Positions 38,183-49,500 of a stretch of DNA of 64,000 nucleotides are shown here, piece by piece; position 1 is the stretch's first letter, and the number at the start of each line of letters is the position of its first letter. A program made the translations under genes and the position numbers. Below the pieces are notes generated by a model that did no database searches, had not been told where the DNA came from, and saw only the letters and a list, made by a program, of their open reading frames with translations. The DNA lies in NCBI GenBank assembly GCA_049903315.1, contig JBNGBT010000002.1, positions 224,001 through 288,000 of the forward strand. Reading direction: 5' to 3'. Source of the stretch: Candidatus Cloacimonadota bacterium (GTDB lineage Bacteria > Cloacimonadota > Cloacimonadia > JGIOTU-2).

Positions 38183-38248
38183 CTATTTCCACTTTCTTTG
38201 ACAAAATATCAGTCCATTTAAAACTTCACCTATCATAATTCCGGAGGT
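38183..38248 (+). promoter_or_regulatory. pgi promoter/leader, duplicated at 40054-40117
   Basis: ctatttcca.tttctTTGACAaa...aaa.tt.cacctatcat.att.c.g.ggt in both places. Confidence 0.7.
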
Positions 38249-38251
38249 TTA

Positions 38252-39901
38252 ATGCTCAAAAAGATAAATCCGACAAAAACTGGTGTCTGGAAAAAACTAC
38301 TGAAACACTATAGTACAATGCAACAGATATCCATGAAAGAAATGTTTGTGCAAGATCCAGAGAGATTTAATAAATTCTCAATACAATTTGAAGATATACT
38401 TCTGGATTATTCGAAAAATATTATAAATGAAAAGACAATGAAACTGCTTATCCAGCTTGCTCAAGAATGTGAGCTGGGAGATGCTATCGAAAAGATGTTC
38501 ACTGGCGATAAAATAAATGAGACAGAGGATCGAGCTGTACTGCATACTGCATTGAGAAATTTTTCAGGTAACCCGGTTTTCGTGGATGGCAAAGATGTCA
38601 TACCGGAAGTGAAAGTAGTACTTCTTCACATGAAGGAATTCTCAGAAAAATTACTCAATGGTGAATGGAAAGGTTATTCGGGTAAACCAATCACAGATAT
38701 TGTGAACATAGGTATTGGCGGTTCTGATTTGGGTCCTGTTATGGTGACAGAAGCGCTCAAAACGTACTGGAAGCAGATAACACCGCATTTTGTCTCAAAT
38801 GTAGATGGTACTCATATTGCAGAAACGCTCAAAAAACTCAATCCCGAAACCACACTCTTCATGATCGCTTCCAAAACCTTCACAACGCAGGAAACAATGA
38901 CCAATGCACACACTGCGCGTAACTGGTTCTTGAAAAATGCAAAGAATGAAGATCATATTAAAAGGCATTTTGTGGCGATCTCGACTAATGAGCAGGGAGT
39001 AAAAAAGTTCGGCATCGATCCGAAAAATATGTTCCGGTTCTGGGATTGGGTTGGCGGACGCTATTCTTTATGGTCAGCAATTGGCTTGTCTATAGCTTGC
39101 ACGATCGGGTATGAAAATTTTGAGCAACTTCTGATAGGTGCGTACGCCATGGATGAGCATTTCAGAACTGCATCCTTTGAGAAAAATATACCTGTCGTAT
39201 TAGCTCTGCTTGGGATATGGTATAATAATTTTTTCAATACACAAACTCAGGCAATTCTGCCGTATGATCAATACATGCATCGGTTTGCTGCGTATTTCCA
39301 GCAGGGAGATATGGAAAGTAACGGCAAATCCACAGATAGAAATGGAAATCAAGTGGACTATCAAACAGGACCGATCATCTGGGGAGAGCCGGGTACAAAC
39401 GGACAACATGCATTTTACCAGCTTATTCATCAGGGCACCAAGCTTATTCCCTGCGATTTCCTTGCGCCTGCGATAAGTCATAATCCGATAGGGGAGCATC
39501 ATAAGATATTACTTTCAAATTTCTTTGCACAGACCGAAGCGCTCATGATGGGGAAGACCGAAGAGGAAGTTCGAACAGAACTTGAAAAAGCAGGGAAATC
39601 AAAAGCTGAAATTGATAAACTCTTACCATTCAAAATATTCAAAGGCAACAAGCCCACAAACTCAATTCTTTTTAAAGAACTTACTACTCACACACTTGGC
39701 AGTTTGATTGCGATGTATGAGCACAAGATATTTGTGCAAGGTGTGATATGGAATATTTTTAGTTTTGATCAGTGGGGTGTGGAGCTAGGTAAACAGCTTG
39801 CAAAGAGCATTTTGCGTGAACTAGAAAACGACGAACCGGTCACGAATCATGATTCATCAACGAATGGATTGATGAATGCGTATAAGGGGATGAGATATTA
39901 G
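38252..39901 (+). CDS. pgi: Glucose-6-phosphate isomerase
   Basis: [58 protein letters not shown]. Confidence 0.97.
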   Translation: MLKKINPTKTGVWKKLLKHYSTMQQISMKEMFVQDPERFNKFSIQFEDILLDYSKNIINEKTMKLLIQLAQECELGDAIEKMFTGDKINETEDRAVLHTALRNFSGNPVFVDGKDVIPEVKVVLLHMKEFSEKLLNGEWKGYSGKPITDIVNIGIGGSDLGPVMVTEALKTYWKQITPHFVSNVDGTHIAETLKKLNPETTLFMIASKTFTTQETMTNAHTARNWFLKNAKNEDHIKRHFVAISTNEQGVKKFGIDPKNMFRFWDWVGGRYSLWSAIGLSIACTIGYENFEQLLIGAYAMDEHFRTASFEKNIPVVLALLGIWYNNFFNTQTQAILPYDQYMHRFAAYFQQGDMESNGKSTDRNGNQVDYQTGPIIWGEPGTNGQHAFYQLIHQGTKLIPCDFLAPAISHNPIGEHHKILLSNFFAQTEALMMGKTEEEVRTELEKAGKSKAEIDKLLPFKIFKGNKPTNSILFKELTTHTLGSLIAMYEHKIFVQGVIWNIFSFDQWGVELGKQLAKSILRELENDEPVTNHDSSTNGLMNAYKGMRY

Positions 39902-39933
39902 AAATAAGATGATGTTTTTAATTGTAGAAAATA

Positions 39934-39984
39934 TGGAGTAAATCGACTGTGTCGATTTCGCATTGACTTAGTCAATGCACTCCA
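39934..39984 (+). repeat. Solo three-way-junction REP (RAYT-cognate)
   Basis: tggagt-aaatcgac-tgt-gtcgattt-c-gcattgac-tta-gtcaatgc-actcca. Confidence 0.9.
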
Positions 39985-40130
39985 AAAAAATCTTTACCTT
40001 AACTCTGCATTCAAATGTTCACCTACTGCTGAAACTAGGTTCTTCCTCCTCAGCTATTTCCATTTCTTTGACAAATAATCCTCCTAATTAAAATTGCACC
40101 TATCATTATTTCAGGGTGAATAAATAAGAA

Positions 40131-40874
40131 ATGGAAACCAATATCCTCATTCTCGGCTCGATCATTATTTTTCTGGCTGCTCTTTTACAGGGAACAACCG
40201 GATTTGGTTTTTCGCTTTTTTCAATACCTTTGCTGACGCTTTTCATTTCTCCAAAGACAGCGATTTCGATGATATTGCTTGTTTCAGTTCTCATAAATAT
40301 TTCTGTGCTCTATAATAGTAGAAAATCTCTGAATTTTAAGTTTATTTTGCAAATTTTCCTCTTCAGCATGATCGGCGTGCCAATCGGTGCAAAGCTGTTG
40401 CTGATACTTCCTGATTATGTGCTTAAGATCGTGATCGGGGTATTCATCCTTCTGTTTGGGATACTGTTCTTCTTCAATGTACGTTTCAAAGTGAAAAATG
40501 AGAAGATCACCAGGGTAGTGGTTGGATTTTTCAGCGGGTTGCTGAACGGCAGTATTACAATGAGTGGACCTCCGATTATCATCTTTCTTGCAAACGAACA
40601 AAAAGGAAAAATGCATTTCCGCGCTCATCTCGCATCATTCTTCCTGCTTCTGACACTTTTTACAATCCCAGTATACATTTACTACGGACTTATTACAAAA
40701 GTGGTCGTGGATTATGCGCTTATTTTCAGTGTTGCGGTCATTCTCGGTGTGATCGGCGGCAACATTCTTATACATAAAATTAAAGAAGTACATTTTAGAA
40801 AGTTGACATTAGTGATCATAATTCTCATGGGAGTATTAGCAGTATATTCAGGCATTCGAGGAGTTTTATCATGA
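40131..40874 (+). CDS. TauE/SafE family sulfite exporter-like membrane protein
   Basis: QGTTGFGFSL, SGLLNGSITMSGPP, about 8 TM helices. Confidence 0.85.
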   Translation: METNILILGSIIIFLAALLQGTTGFGFSLFSIPLLTLFISPKTAISMILLVSVLINISVLYNSRKSLNFKFILQIFLFSMIGVPIGAKLLLILPDYVLKIVIGVFILLFGILFFFNVRFKVKNEKITRVVVGFFSGLLNGSITMSGPPIIIFLANEQKGKMHFRAHLASFFLLLTLFTIPVYIYYGLITKVVVDYALIFSVAVILGVIGGNILIHKIKEVHFRKLTLVIIILMGVLAVYSGIRGVLS

Positions 40875-42106
40875 AAGAATATGATGTCATTATTGTTGGT
40901 GGAGGAGCTTCCGGGCTGGTTGCTGCGATCTCATCAGCACGGAACGGCGCAAAAACAGCCATAGTGGAGCGTTTACCCCGGGTGGGGAAAAAGATACTCA
41001 TAACTGGAAATGGACGCTGTAACCTCTCTAATACGTCTTTGAAGAAGAAAAAGTATCATGGAACCGATCCCGCATTTATCGGATATGTATTTTCACAGTT
41101 CAACGGTGCACAGATACTTGAATTCTTTGAAGAACTCGGCATCCTGACAAAAGAGGAAGAAAATGGGCGCATTTTCCCTAGATGCGACCAGGCAGGCGCA
41201 TTGCTTGATGTGTTGAGATATGAATGTGAAAGACTGCATGTTCAGGAATTGTGTTCGAAGGAAGTCGCGGGAATCAGGAAATTGGAGAATTGCTTTGTCA
41301 TAACATCATGTAATGGGGAAGAACTCTATTCCAAGAAAATAATACTCACAACAGGCGGTAAAGCAAGTCCGCAGTTCGGATCGGATGGCTCGGGTTTTGC
41401 ACTAGCAAACAAGCTGGGACATACTATTGTCGAACCCTTTCCCACGCTCGTACAGATAAAACTCAAAGATGAGTTTGTGAAGCATTATAAAGGAATTCGC
41501 TTTGATGCGAGAATATCTTTGTATGCAAATGAAAGCTTGGTGGATACGCAGGAAGGTGAAGTATTGTTCGCTGATTACGGGATTTCGGGAATTCCAATAT
41601 TGCAGCTGAGCAGATATATGCATCACCCTGAAATTAAGCATACAATTATGAAATTGCATATTGACTTATTCCCCGAAATACAATTTCATGATATGAAAAA
41701 GATGCTGAGTGATAGATTTCAAAAGATGTCTTTTAAATCTATTGAAGATGCTTTGATCGGTTTAGTAAATAAGAAGTTTATCCTACCAGCACTTACACTA
41801 TCAGATATTGGGAGAGACAAATTGTGTTCTGAACTTAATAATGCAGAGCTGGATAAACTCGTTTATCAATTTAAGGATAGAAGATTTTTGGTGAGTGGTA
41901 CGCTCTCATGGCGCGATGCACAGGTAACTGCTGGTGGAATCTCAACAACAGAAGTAGATGATAAAACTCTTGAATCAAAACTTATCCCTGGACTTTATTT
42001 TGCTGGTGAGGTACTTGATATTCACGGTGATTCAGGCGGGTATAATCTTGCGTGGGCATGGGCGTCGGGTTATGTTGCTGGGATGCATGCAGCGAAGAAA
42101 AGATGA
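40871..42106 (+). CDS. HI0933/BaiN-family FAD-dependent oxidoreductase
   Basis: GGGASG, GKKILITGNGRCN, TGGKASP..GSDGSG, AQVTAGG, GLYFAGEVLD..G.SGGYNL. Confidence 0.9.
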   Translation: MKEYDVIIVGGGASGLVAAISSARNGAKTAIVERLPRVGKKILITGNGRCNLSNTSLKKKKYHGTDPAFIGYVFSQFNGAQILEFFEELGILTKEEENGRIFPRCDQAGALLDVLRYECERLHVQELCSKEVAGIRKLENCFVITSCNGEELYSKKIILTTGGKASPQFGSDGSGFALANKLGHTIVEPFPTLVQIKLKDEFVKHYKGIRFDARISLYANESLVDTQEGEVLFADYGISGIPILQLSRYMHHPEIKHTIMKLHIDLFPEIQFHDMKKMLSDRFQKMSFKSIEDALIGLVNKKFILPALTLSDIGRDKLCSELNNAELDKLVYQFKDRRFLVSGTLSWRDAQVTAGGISTTEVDDKTLESKLIPGLYFAGEVLDIHGDSGGYNLAWAWASGYVAGMHAAKKR

Positions 42107-42254
42107 ATATCCAATGTCCAATGATCAATATCCAATTATGAAGTATAAAATAATGAGAGATATTCAAAAGAAATTTGATTTAAATAATCATTTACTTAGG
42201 AGACATCCAATAACCTGGAAATTGGACATTTCGTCTTGGTTATTGGATATTCAT
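42103..42254. mobile_element. MITE-like element with 35-bp inverted arms built of 7-nt repeats
   Basis: Left arm 42103-42137 matches the reverse complement of 42220-42254 at 27 of 35 positions. Confidence 0.65.
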
Positions 42255-42294
42255 TTCTTACCTCATCAAGACTCTATAGGAAAAACTATAAATT

Positions 42295-43920
42295 ATGATC
42301 CGAATTGAAGAAATAAAACTGCCAATAAGTTCCAACAGAAGTAAATTAAAAAAGGAAATTCTCAAAATTCTTGAAATTGATGAAGAGAAGTTCGAGTACT
42401 ATAGATTAATAAAAAAGGCAGTCGATGCACGCCACAAATCAAACATCCAATTTGTGTATACAGTTGATGTGACTTTTTCTGAGAAAAAGGTTGAGATAAA
42501 TTTACTAAAGAATTTACAAAAAGCAAGATGCGCAAACTTGTACAAGCGACACCGTATTAAAAAAATTGAACCATATCATTACGATATTCCGCATATTATA
42601 CATATAAAAAGTTTTCATAGACCGGTCATTGTCGGCTCAGGACCAGCTGGTTTGTTTGCAGGTTTACTACTTGCCAAAGCAGGGCTTACACCACTTGTAA
42701 TTGAGAAAGGGAAAAGGGTCGAAGAACGCATAAAAGATGTTGAGCTTTTCACGCAAACAGGTGAATTAAACACACATTCGAATATTCATTTTGGAGAAGG
42801 TGGAGCAGGAACATTTTCTGATGGCAAGCTCTACACACTCATCAACGATCATAGAACAAAGTTTATTTTTGACGAACTGATCGCCGCAGGTGCACCCACA
42901 GAAATTGCGTATAGTGCTCGACCGCATATTGGCACTGATAATTTACAGAAAATGGTGAAAAATCTTCGTGAAAAAATTGAGCAGCAGGGTGGAGAATTTT
43001 TATTTGGAAATGAACTACAGAATTTGATAATCGAAAATGGTACTCTTAAAAAAGTAGTAATAAACGGAAAAAATAGAGATGCTTCCTGCGTTGTATGCGC
43101 GATAGGGAATGCTTCACGGGGTACATTTAAAATGCTTCACGATAATAATGTAAACATAGAACCAAAGGCATTCTCTATGGGTGTTCGCATTGAGCATCCA
43201 CGTGAGTATATCAACAAATTACAATACGGAGAGCAGTATAAAAATCCGACCTTACCTCAAGCTCACTACAAACTCGCTGTTCATCTAAAAAATGGAAGAG
43301 GAGTCTACTCTTTCTGCATGTGCCCGGGTGGCTGGGTCGTACCAGCAGCTACTGAATCAGGCGGAGTCGTGACAAATGGGATGAGTACATTTGCACAGGA
43401 TAATATAAATTCCAATGCAGCGCTTCTTGTAGGTGTTACTCCAACAGATTTTCCTTCAAATGATCCGCTGGCAGGTATTGAGTTCCAGAAAATATGGGAA
43501 AAAAAGGCATTTATTCTCGGAGGAAATGGGTTTAGTGCTCCTGTCCAACTTTTGGGAGATTTTCTCGAAGATAGACCTTCAACTTCTTATAAAAGTGTCA
43601 TCCCTTCATATAAACCCAGCAGAACTCCGTGCAGTATTAAGGAGTGTTTGCCAGATTTTGTATATGTGAGTTTAAAGGAAGCGTTCCCACTTCTTGATAA
43701 GAAATTTCCGGGATTTAATTATCCATCAGCAGTGTTGACAGCAGTCGAAACACGAAGTTCATCGCCAGTTCGTATTGTGCGAGGAGATGATCTTCAATCA
43801 AATATTATAGGGCTTTATCCTGCTGGAGAAGGATCCGGATATGCAGGTGGTATTGTCTCTTCTGCAGTTGATGGGATGAAGGTTGCGGAGAAGATAATCA
43901 CTTTGATGAAAGATGACTAA
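42295..43920 (+). CDS. Uncharacterised FAD-dependent dehydrogenase
   Basis: GSGPAGLFA, FGEGGAGTFSDGKL, PHIGTD, YSFCMCPGG, ETRSSSPVRI, GEGSGYAGGI.SSAVDG. Confidence 0.88.
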   Translation: MIRIEEIKLPISSNRSKLKKEILKILEIDEEKFEYYRLIKKAVDARHKSNIQFVYTVDVTFSEKKVEINLLKNLQKARCANLYKRHRIKKIEPYHYDIPHIIHIKSFHRPVIVGSGPAGLFAGLLLAKAGLTPLVIEKGKRVEERIKDVELFTQTGELNTHSNIHFGEGGAGTFSDGKLYTLINDHRTKFIFDELIAAGAPTEIAYSARPHIGTDNLQKMVKNLREKIEQQGGEFLFGNELQNLIIENGTLKKVVINGKNRDASCVVCAIGNASRGTFKMLHDNNVNIEPKAFSMGVRIEHPREYINKLQYGEQYKNPTLPQAHYKLAVHLKNGRGVYSFCMCPGGWVVPAATESGGVVTNGMSTFAQDNINSNAALLVGVTPTDFPSNDPLAGIEFQKIWEKKAFILGGNGFSAPVQLLGDFLEDRPSTSYKSVIPSYKPSRTPCSIKECLPDFVYVSLKEAFPLLDKKFPGFNYPSAVLTAVETRSSSPVRIVRGDDLQSNIIGLYPAGEGSGYAGGIVSSAVDGMKVAEKIITLMKDD

Positions 43921-44558
43921 AGATGATAGTTAAGTTGAATCTTTAATTGATCGACGTTCTTGCCACGTTCAGTGCTATTTCTATCGAAGGGAATCAAATA
44001 CATTAGTCCAACTCCAAATTTATTAAGTTCAAATTCAAGTCCAATTAAACCTCCCGTTTCCGGATCATCGAGAAAGTCGTCGATTTGCTCATCAGAGCCC
44101 TTATCTTTATCTAATTTTATTGAAAAGAGATACTTCTTAAGATAGAGACCGGCGTGGATATAGAAAAGGTCATAATAACTATACATCAAAGAAAACGGTA
44201 CTTGCAGATGAGTCATTAGATACTTGATTTCATCTTCGGAAACATAGGGAGTTTTATCGATAAGACGTTCAAAATCCATTAATAATCCTGCTCTCATATA
44301 GATTTTATTTGAAAGCTGATACTGAAAGAATGTGCCAAATGATAATTCTGGAACTTGTTTGTCGAAGTAATGACTCACGGTAGGTGCAGCATATACGGTG
44401 CTGTTCAAGGTCAGTCCAAAGGAAATTTTATTGGCATACGCTGATGACTGAAGAAGAAAGGTAGTAAACAAGAAAATTGTGAGACCATAACCATACAATC
44501 TCTTTTGTGATATTAGGGTGCTTCCAAATAAATGCCTGAAGATACTTATGTTATTCAT
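43917..44558 (-). CDS. Putative small outer-membrane beta-barrel protein (paralog 2)
   Basis: Signal-like N-terminus; YLMTHLQ, DFLDDPETGG, NVDQLKIQLNYHL shared with the neighbouring gene. Confidence 0.6.
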   Translation of the reverse strand: MNNISIFRHLFGSTLISQKRLYGYGLTIFLFTTFLLQSSAYANKISFGLTLNSTVYAAPTVSHYFDKQVPELSFGTFFQYQLSNKIYMRAGLLMDFERLIDKTPYVSEDEIKYLMTHLQVPFSLMYSYYDLFYIHAGLYLKKYLFSIKLDKDKGSDEQIDDFLDDPETGGLIGLEFELNKFGVGLMYLIPFDRNSTERGKNVDQLKIQLNYHL

Positions 44559-44567
44559 ATATCACCT

Positions 44568-45260
44568 CTATAATCTATAATTGAGCTGAACTTTTAATTG
44601 ATCGACGTTTTTATTTCGTTCTTTGCTGGTACGATCGAATGGTAGATATAATAATAATCCAAAATCAAATTTTCCCACTCCGCGTTCCAGTCCAATTATT
44701 CCACCAAATTCCGGGTCATCAAGAAAATCGGTTTTCTTTATATTCCCCTTACAATTTTTATAGTAGTAATTTTTCGTTTCGGTTTTAATCGAGAAAAGAT
44801 ATTTGTTTGTGTATAATCCTCCACAGATATAAAACCAATTCAAATACTTATATCGTATCTTCGCAGCCATCTGCAGGTGAGTCATCAAATACTTGTTGAC
44901 TGATTGATCAATGCCTGAATCACTTTTACCATAATAATCATATTCGGCAAATCGTTCGAAATTCAACATCGGTCCGACATTAAAGGATAGAGATTTCGAA
45001 ACCTTATATTGACTATAGAAACCTAACGAGAAATCTGGGGTTTCTTTTTTCAGGAACATGTTATTATCGTAAGTTGAATAGAGTGTCGAATGAAAGGTCA
45101 GTACTAATGAAGGATTTTGGGCAAATAATGAAGTATGAAGTAAATTAATTCCAAACAAAATTAATAATACGAGAGATAGTTGAAGCTTTTTATGGAGTAT
45201 GAAATTTCGTGCGAAATTTCTCTTTATGCTAATTCTTCCATCTTTTTTTCCCATAGACAT
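44568..45260 (-). CDS. Putative small outer-membrane beta-barrel protein (paralog 1); start uncertain
   Basis: YLMTHLQ, DFLDDPEFGG, NVDQLKVQLNYRL. Confidence 0.6.
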   Translation of the reverse strand: MSMGKKDGRISIKRNFARNFILHKKLQLSLVLLILFGINLLHTSLFAQNPSLVLTFHSTLYSTYDNNMFLKKETPDFSLGFYSQYKVSKSLSFNVGPMLNFERFAEYDYYGKSDSGIDQSVNKYLMTHLQMAAKIRYKYLNWFYICGGLYTNKYLFSIKTETKNYYYKNCKGNIKKTDFLDDPEFGGIIGLERGVGKFDFGLLLYLPFDRTSKERNKNVDQLKVQLNYRL

Positions 45261-45337
45261 TTACAAGGTTATTGATTTTATCCTGTCAATAAATTCAATA
45301 ACTTTGACAATAATTACAGCAATTGGACTCTTCCTAT

Positions 45338-46414
45338 ATGAAAGATTTGAAATCATTTACACGAGAAGAATTGACGCAGCATATTCTTAATTTTGATGAA
45401 AAGAGATATCGGGCAGTGCAACTTTTCCATGCAATTCATCAGCAAAATATTGGTACAATTAAAGACATGGCCATTCTTCCAAAAACCTTGAGAAATGAAC
45501 TTTCCAATAAATATCTCATTGATTCACTGAGAATGGAAAAACGGTTTGATTCCCGGATAGATGGAACAAAAAAGTATCTATTTCGATTGAGTGATGATCA
45601 TCTTATCGAGAGTGTGCTGATGAAATACAAGCATGGCTACAGCGCATGCCTTTCCACTCAGGTGGGATGCAGGATGGGGTGTTTATTCTGTGCATCTACC
45701 AAGGGTGGGCTTTTCCGTAATTTAAGTGCAGGGGAAATCGCAGATCAGGTGTATCAGATGCAGAAGGACAGCGGCGTAAGACTATCGAATGTCGTACTCA
45801 TGGGTAGCGGAGAGCCGCTTGAAAATTATGTGAATGTCATGAAGTTCTTCTCTATAATTCATAATGAGCACGGGCAGAATATGGGATACAGACACATCAC
45901 ACTTTCCACAGTTGGCATTCCTGATAAGATCAGGCAGCTTGCTGATGAAGGTTTACAGATCACGCTTTCAATCTCACTTCATGCATCGAATGATGAGTTG
46001 AGAATGAAAATCATCCCTGTTGCACAGAAGTATTCCATTAAAGCCATTCTTGATGCATGCAAATATTACATCGAGAAAACACATCGCAGAATTACCTTTG
46101 AATATGCCTTAATTAAGGATTTAAATAATTCGCAAGAACATGCACGAGAACTGGTAAAGTTACTCAAAGGAATGCTCTTCCATGTGAATTTGATACCAAT
46201 GAACCAGATAAAGGAATCGGAATTACAACCATCACCCAAGAAATGCACTCAGCAGTTTTATGATATGCTTGTATCAAAAGGAATAAATGTCACGATCCGC
46301 AGGGAATTAGGACAGGATATCAATGCAGCATGTGGGCAGTTAAGGCGGGATTACGGAGTAACCACGAAATACACGAAAAATAATGAAATAGTGAATAAAG
46401 AAAATGAGAAGTAA
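45338..46414 (+). CDS. rlmN: 23S rRNA m2A2503 radical-SAM methyltransferase
   Basis: STQVGCRMGCLFCAS (CxxxCxxC), MGSGEPL, ISLHA, FEY, DINAACGQL. Confidence 0.93.
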   Translation: MKDLKSFTREELTQHILNFDEKRYRAVQLFHAIHQQNIGTIKDMAILPKTLRNELSNKYLIDSLRMEKRFDSRIDGTKKYLFRLSDDHLIESVLMKYKHGYSACLSTQVGCRMGCLFCASTKGGLFRNLSAGEIADQVYQMQKDSGVRLSNVVLMGSGEPLENYVNVMKFFSIIHNEHGQNMGYRHITLSTVGIPDKIRQLADEGLQITLSISLHASNDELRMKIIPVAQKYSIKAILDACKYYIEKTHRRITFEYALIKDLNNSQEHARELVKLLKGMLFHVNLIPMNQIKESELQPSPKKCTQQFYDMLVSKGINVTIRRELGQDINAACGQLRRDYGVTTKYTKNNEIVNKENEK

Positions 46415-46525
46415 AACAAGATTTCAATAATGCTATATACTATTTTAAAAATTGAATATTTTCAAGGAAATTGACATTCATTTTTACCCATAAAAATTCA
46501 CAATAAAGAATTCTCAGGATATTCA

Positions 46526-49500
46526 ATGCGAAAGAAATATTTAATTTTGCTTCTCTTATTCGTTACAATTTTAGTAAATCATTCACTCCTTCAAGCGAAG
46601 AAGAAATCAAATAAAGAGATCGAATCTTATCCATATGAATTGTACTTCCAACAGAATACGGAACCGATCAAAGCTGAGATTGTTGGCAATCCTCTCGATT
46701 ATGCAGGGAAGCGCATTGGCATGGATGTACGTAATTTTGAATTACCGCGAGCATATGAGAATTCCTATCGATTTGCCTGTAGATTTCCGATTATAGATTA
46801 TATTTCAAACCAACCTTTATATATGAAGCAATGGGCAGAAGAAGTGAGTGAAAAATTTACCAAAATACAAACAGAAGAAGGAATAAAAGTTACGAATTAT
46901 GCACTTGAGTTGTTGCGAGACACCAAAGAATTTCCTCCCATGAGTATTTCTGAAGATGTCGAATTATTAAAGGATTTCAAAGACATGCTTCGATCACGTT
47001 CATTTACCCCAGAATATCGCATGGCAGTATTGAACTTAGTGGAAAATTATCTCATAGCAAAATCTATGATCGTCAAAGCAAAGGAGAATTTATCTCCTGA
47101 AGACTTGCAATTTTTCAATGATAATCCGGGTTATTTCCTCATTCCTGATGGTGAACACATGCCCTCATTGACCGGAGATGTCTCAACTCATTTTGAATTT
47201 ATTGAACATGCAAGAAAGTTCAAGTATCAGTATATGTTCTTTGCTGCAAAGATCATGTCAGCTGCAATATATGAATATTGGGATGCAACGAAGGATTTGA
47301 ATATTTCTGAAATTTATACTGAAAGTTCTGCTCATGAAGAACCATTCATTTACGTGACAAATTCATTGAGAATTGTCATTCGGGGAACTGGAGATGATGT
47401 TTATACAAAGGATGCGGATCTTCTCATAGATATTGGTGGAGATGATGTGTATCAAAATAATGCTGGCGGGTGCAGATCGAGTTACGAAGAAATTGCAGTG
47501 TGTATAGATCACAATGGAAATGATAAATATGATTCTCCAAATGATATATTTGTGCAAGGTTTTGGATTTTTGGGATGCGGTTTTCTTGCTGACTTCAATG
47601 GAAATGATATCTATGCAGCAAAGCACTTCGCTCAGGGAGCAGGTGTATGCGGTGTAGGTGTGCTCTGGGATGAATCAGGATTTGATACATATGATGCGCA
47701 TGCATTCTGCCAGGGAGCTGGTATGTTCGGACTTGGTATGTTGCTTGATAATAATGGAGAAGATCTCTACAGTTGCGCAACACTCGGGCAGGGAGGTGCA
47801 ACAACGCTTGGTCTGGGCATTCTCTCCGATCTGGACGGTGACGATAAATATTATCTTGCAATTGACGAATCAAAGGACAATTTAGGTAACCTTCCAGGCT
47901 ACGGACAAGGGGGAGCACTTTCCTTCAGAAATTATCCGTGGATTAAAAAACTCACTGCTTATGGAGGTGCGGGACTGCTTTTCGATGCGTCAGGTAATGA
48001 CCGTTATTGGACAAAAGGTTGGTGCGATCAAGGAGGAAGCTATATCATGTCCCTCGGTGCTTTGGTTGATGCAAAAGGAAATGATCATTATACTGCAAAT
48101 ACAGGACAGGGGAGCGGAATTCATATCACCAATGCAATCCTCATCGACAAAGACGGGCATGACATCTATGAAGGGGATTTTCGTACAGGTGGTTCCGGCG
48201 GAGACCGATCTCCAGGATTTTTCATAGACTATGCGGGAAATGATATTTATAAATCCCGGACCTCATCATATGGAACGGGTGTAAAGCCAATGAGTTACTC
48301 TCTTTTTATAGATTATCAAGGCGAAGACACGTACATTTGTGATGAGCCAGAGAATGGCGTCACATTTAATAATTGGGATAGTTTTGGCGGTGTATGGCCT
48401 GAATCAGAGCCCTATAACTGGCCCTTTACGATTTGCATGGATCTTGCTGGTGAAGATGATTACCAGGTTCGTTTTCATGAAAATAATTGTGAGCGATCAA
48501 GTTTTGGGCATGGGATTTTCGTAGATACAGAATGGCACAATGGAGATATAATTGGTGATATAAAGAATGAATTAAAAGATCAGAAGTTTCCAAAATTAAG
48601 TGATAAAATCAGACAATCACCATATTTTGAGAATATTAAAGACTTGCTCTCGCCAAGTGCGTTTATTCGTTTTCAGGCAATTGGAAGATTAATCCAGGAT
48701 TCGCAAGAAATCATTCCATATCTCACAGAAATTCTGCATATTTCAGAAAACAGAAATGTAAATCGCGATGTCTTGGAAATACTTCATTATTTTCTCATAA
48801 ATGAAGAACTCACTGAATCATCGCAAAAAGAGTTGCTTTCATTATTGGAAGCCCCTGAAGAGGAAGTCCGTTACATCATAGCAGATGATATTGGAATTTG
48901 GAAAATGGATATAGGCGAAAATGCGCTATCAAATATTGCGCTATCGGATACTTCAGCGGATGTTCGATATGCAGTGCTGAGATCATTACTAAAATTAGAG
49001 TCCATGAAAGGGCTTATTACTGCGCGAAAATTATCCGAAAAAGATGTTTCGGAAAAAGTGCGAAGAATTGCAACTGTTTACATGGGAGTCGTCAACGACG
49101 GAGTTGATCCCTTTCCTTTACTGAGTTATATCCTTCAACATGATTCTTCACCATCTGTCAGAGTGGAAGCGGCAGAAGTCTTTGGTAAACTCAAGGATGC
49201 AAGAGCAGTGCCATTACTGAGAAAAGCATCGCGGTCCTTTGATGTGTATCTCCAACGTGCTGCAGGGAAAAGTCTCGCGGAATTGGGCTTTATAGAAGGG
49301 ATTGAAATTTTGATTAAATCACTCTCATTCCCTTCAATCGACGCTTTTGAAAATTATAATTATAATATCCCAAATTTTATTTCAATGTACTCGGGATTTA
49401 ATCTGCCCGAATCAGAACGATACGACCAGCAAAAATGGCATGAATGGTTTGAGAAAAATAAATTCCATATCAATATCCAGGAGAACCTGAAAAATTTGGA

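Noticed and set aside
41958..42308. 116-aa ORF spanning the flavoprotein gene junction
   Set aside because: Overlaps a real gene out of frame and reads through the inverted-repeat element
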